Origin: Candidatus Methanofastidiosia archaeon
GTDB lineage: Archaea; Methanobacteriota_B; Thermococci; Methanofastidiosales; SZ-28-30
Assembly: GCA_046760205.1 (NCBI GenBank)
Contig: JBHIDS010000001.1
Location: 1 to 36,429, forward strand
DNA length: 36,429 bases
Direction of reading: 5' to 3'
This document shows, one piece after another, positions 34,976 to 36,429 of the stretch (the first letter of the stretch is position 1; every line of letters starts with the position of its first letter). The notes below the pieces were generated by a model. It saw only the letters and a list, made by a program, of their open reading frames with translations. It was not told where the DNA came from and did no database searches. The position numbers and the translations under genes are program-made.

Positions 34976-35857
34976 GTGAAAAGATACAGGCTTTTGCTTT
35001 TCAGTGGCTTGCTGTTGGCAACCATAAATGGGATGACGTACCCAATGTTACCCATCCATATAATGAATGCTGGAAGAAGTATTTTCATGAGCTAGATGAT
35101 TAATGCTGTTCCTTCCCTCATTATAGTGTTGCCTAGCTTTTTTTGGGGAGTCCTTACAGATAGAATTGGGGAGAGGAAGAGAGTTTTGAGCTATTCTGGA
35201 ATTCTTGGGGCATTGATGTTCTTTTCGTTCTCAAGACTTTCTCCAACTGCCTTGATAGCTGCAAGGTCTATTCAATCGATCTTCTTCTCCACTTACATAC
35301 TGGTTCCGACTCTCGTGACAGAAAAAGATGATAAATCAAAGGGAAGACTTTTGGGAGAATACAACACATTCGCTTCAGGTGGATGGATGCTTGGAGCAGC
35401 CATCGGAGGATTCTTGTATTCTTTGGGTGTGGACGTGTTCTTTTACTCGTGTGGCTTTATTTATTTGATTTTTGCTTTGATATTCTTTTTTGTAGATGAG
35501 AAGAAAAAGATGAGTGAGAAGAAGAAAATAATCATTCTGACCACGATCTCCTACTCTGTTCTCTGGTTCTCGATGGGAAAAATCAGCAGTGTAATGATTC
35601 TCACAATTCTGTTCGCAGTACCTCTATTTGCCTTCTTCTATCCCTCGACGAATGGAATAGTGTCAGACGTGACCAAGAATCATGAAAGAGGGAGAGGTTT
35701 AGGACTCTTGAATTCTTTCGGAATGTTCGGAAGTTTTGTCGTTCCATTTTTTGGAGGATTCATGTCAAAAACCTTCGCAATCCCAGAAATCTATCAGATT
35801 CTAATAATCTTTGGCTTTGTGGCTTTGGTATTCTCGTATCGTGTGAGAGAGGATTGA
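34976..35857 (+). pseudogene. MFS-type transporter, shortened and carrying an in-frame TAG at 35093-35095
   Basis: The frame is open from GTG 34976: (M)KRYRLLLFSGLLLATINGMTYPMLPIHIMNAGRSIFMS, then TAG. It continues in the same frame as MINAVPSLIIVLPSFFWGVLTDRIGERKRV (MFS motif A after helix 2). Total length is about 292 codons, against about 390-400 for a 12-helix MFS. The C-terminal half seems to lack about two helices. Confidence 0.6.
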
Positions 35858-35918
35858 AATGAATTTAATTCCTTAAAATCAGTGCGATGAATAATTGAAA
35901 AAGAGAGAAGAAAAATAT

Positions 35919-36429
35919 TTATCCTTCACAACACTCAAGGATCTCGTTTAAAATCTGAATGGCTTTCATTGCATAGTTATTTGCAGCTATGAAATTCCCA
36001 CTCATATAGAATTTCTCTGCCATCTCCAGAAGTGAGATTGCTTCATCGAGTGTGCCTGAACAGCACTCATCGAACTTCGGATCTTCCTTTTCCTTTAATC
36101 CACTACATATTGATTGAGTCTTTTCGAGAAGATCACTTGCCCTACTCAATCTATTGGAAGCCAAAGGTTTTATGGTATTGTTTATGTTCACCCTTCTTCT
36201 CTCTGGTCGCTCTGATGTGTAGTAAATCTCCCAATCGCTTCCATCATAACCTTCCCACACCACGTGCACACCTCCGTCCACTGCAATCTGGGGGTTATAG
36301 TCGCTATTGTTTACGTTGTCTGCGTGGGTGGAAATCTTTGAGACAGTCGTCCCATCCCAGTAGTAAATCTCATCATCGCTTCCATCATAACCTTCCCACA
36401 CCACGTGCACACCTCCGTCCACTGCAATC
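35919..36429 (-). CDS. repeat-containing (beta-propeller-like) protein with Cys-pair helical C-terminal domain; N-terminus lies beyond the right window edge
   Basis: The frame stays open to the window end: ...IAVDGGVHVVWEGYDGSDDEIYYWDGTTVSKISTHADNVNNSDYNPQIAVDGGVHVVWEGYDGSDWEIYY. This is followed by a helical tail with CC...CC (DECCSGTLDEAISLL...NEILECCEG). The 'M' at 36422 in the track is an internal GTG (Val). Confidence 0.7.
   Translation of the reverse strand, partial: IAVDGGVHVVWEGYDGSDDEIYYWDGTTVSKISTHADNVNNSDYNPQIAVDGGVHVVWEGYDGSDWEIYYTSERPERRRVNINNTIKPLASNRLSRASDLLEKTQSICSGLKEKEDPKFDECCSGTLDEAISLLEMAEKFYMSGNFIAANNYAMKAIQILNEILECCEG
36220..36429. repeat. 141-bp-period tandem repeat inside the propeller-like gene
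   Basis: 36220-36288 and 36361-36429 match at 66 of 69 nt, and the last 54 nt are identical. The only differences are 3 nt that change a Trp codon to an Asp codon. Confidence 0.85.

Noticed and set aside
34858-35088. 76-aa minus-strand ORF in the intergenic region and MFS 5' region.
   Set aside because: It is antisense to the MFS helix-1 coding frame and then runs through the 15% GC stretch. Its hydrophobic, low-complexity translation is typical of AT-rich non-coding DNA.
35093-35095. In-frame TAG in the MFS gene as a pyrrolysine codon.
   Set aside because: There are no pyl genes in the window. TAG is used as an ordinary stop by cysS, proC and the TreT-like gene. MFS transporters are not known Pyl proteins, and the gene also looks truncated.
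1-36429. I looked for CRISPR arrays, rRNA genes, further tRNAs, inteins, reverse transcriptases and defence-type gene clusters.
   Set aside because: I saw no regularly spaced direct repeats. I saw no other T-arm-like GTTCRAATC segments apart from the tRNA-Pro. No intergenic gap is long enough for rRNA, and no cas, RT or nuclease-helicase defence signatures appear in the translated ORFs. This was a by-eye scan, so short or degenerate elements could have been missed.

Overview
This is an archaeal chromosomal segment of 36.4 kb. GC is about 40% overall, with islands of 25-30% GC. The archaeal assignment rests on S17e, L18e, RpoN (Rpo10), Mre11-Rad50, SMC, CofE, TATA-box/leaderless starts and GGAGGTGAT-type Shine-Dalgarno sites. 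I cannot place it more precisely. The content is mostly tightly packed housekeeping genes. These include trehalose synthesis (TreT-like plus a fused TPS-TPP), RNase HII, a four-subunit 2-oxoacid:ferredoxin oxidoreductase in delta-alpha-beta-gamma order, CofE, a processive-type GT2 synthase and CysRS. They also include SMC, an acyl-CoA dehydrogenase, a translationally coupled M28 peptidase-mre11-rad50-proC block, GcvT, S17e and an L18e-L13-S9-RpoN-tRNA-Pro(GGG)-S2 cluster. One IS481-like insertion sequence (about 1 kb, 52-bp imperfect terminal inverted repeats) sits upstream of the TPS-TPP gene. Three genes look broken: 1-nt frameshifts in the TreT-like gene and in an AAA_14/DUF4143-type ATPase, and an in-frame TAG in a shortened MFS transporter. 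I saw no rRNA, CRISPR array, cas gene or recognisable defence island. I do not find a convincing new multi-gene system. My highest-rated lead is a 400-bp repeat-dense, AT-rich intergenic region (six TTCCAA copies, a composite hairpin, a 15% GC stretch) at the truncated 5' end of the ribosomal-protein operon. The other leads are an internally four-fold repeated membrane protein of unknown family, a surface-type protein with 141-bp near-identical tandem repeats, and the functionally mixed peptidase-mre11-rad50-proC operon.
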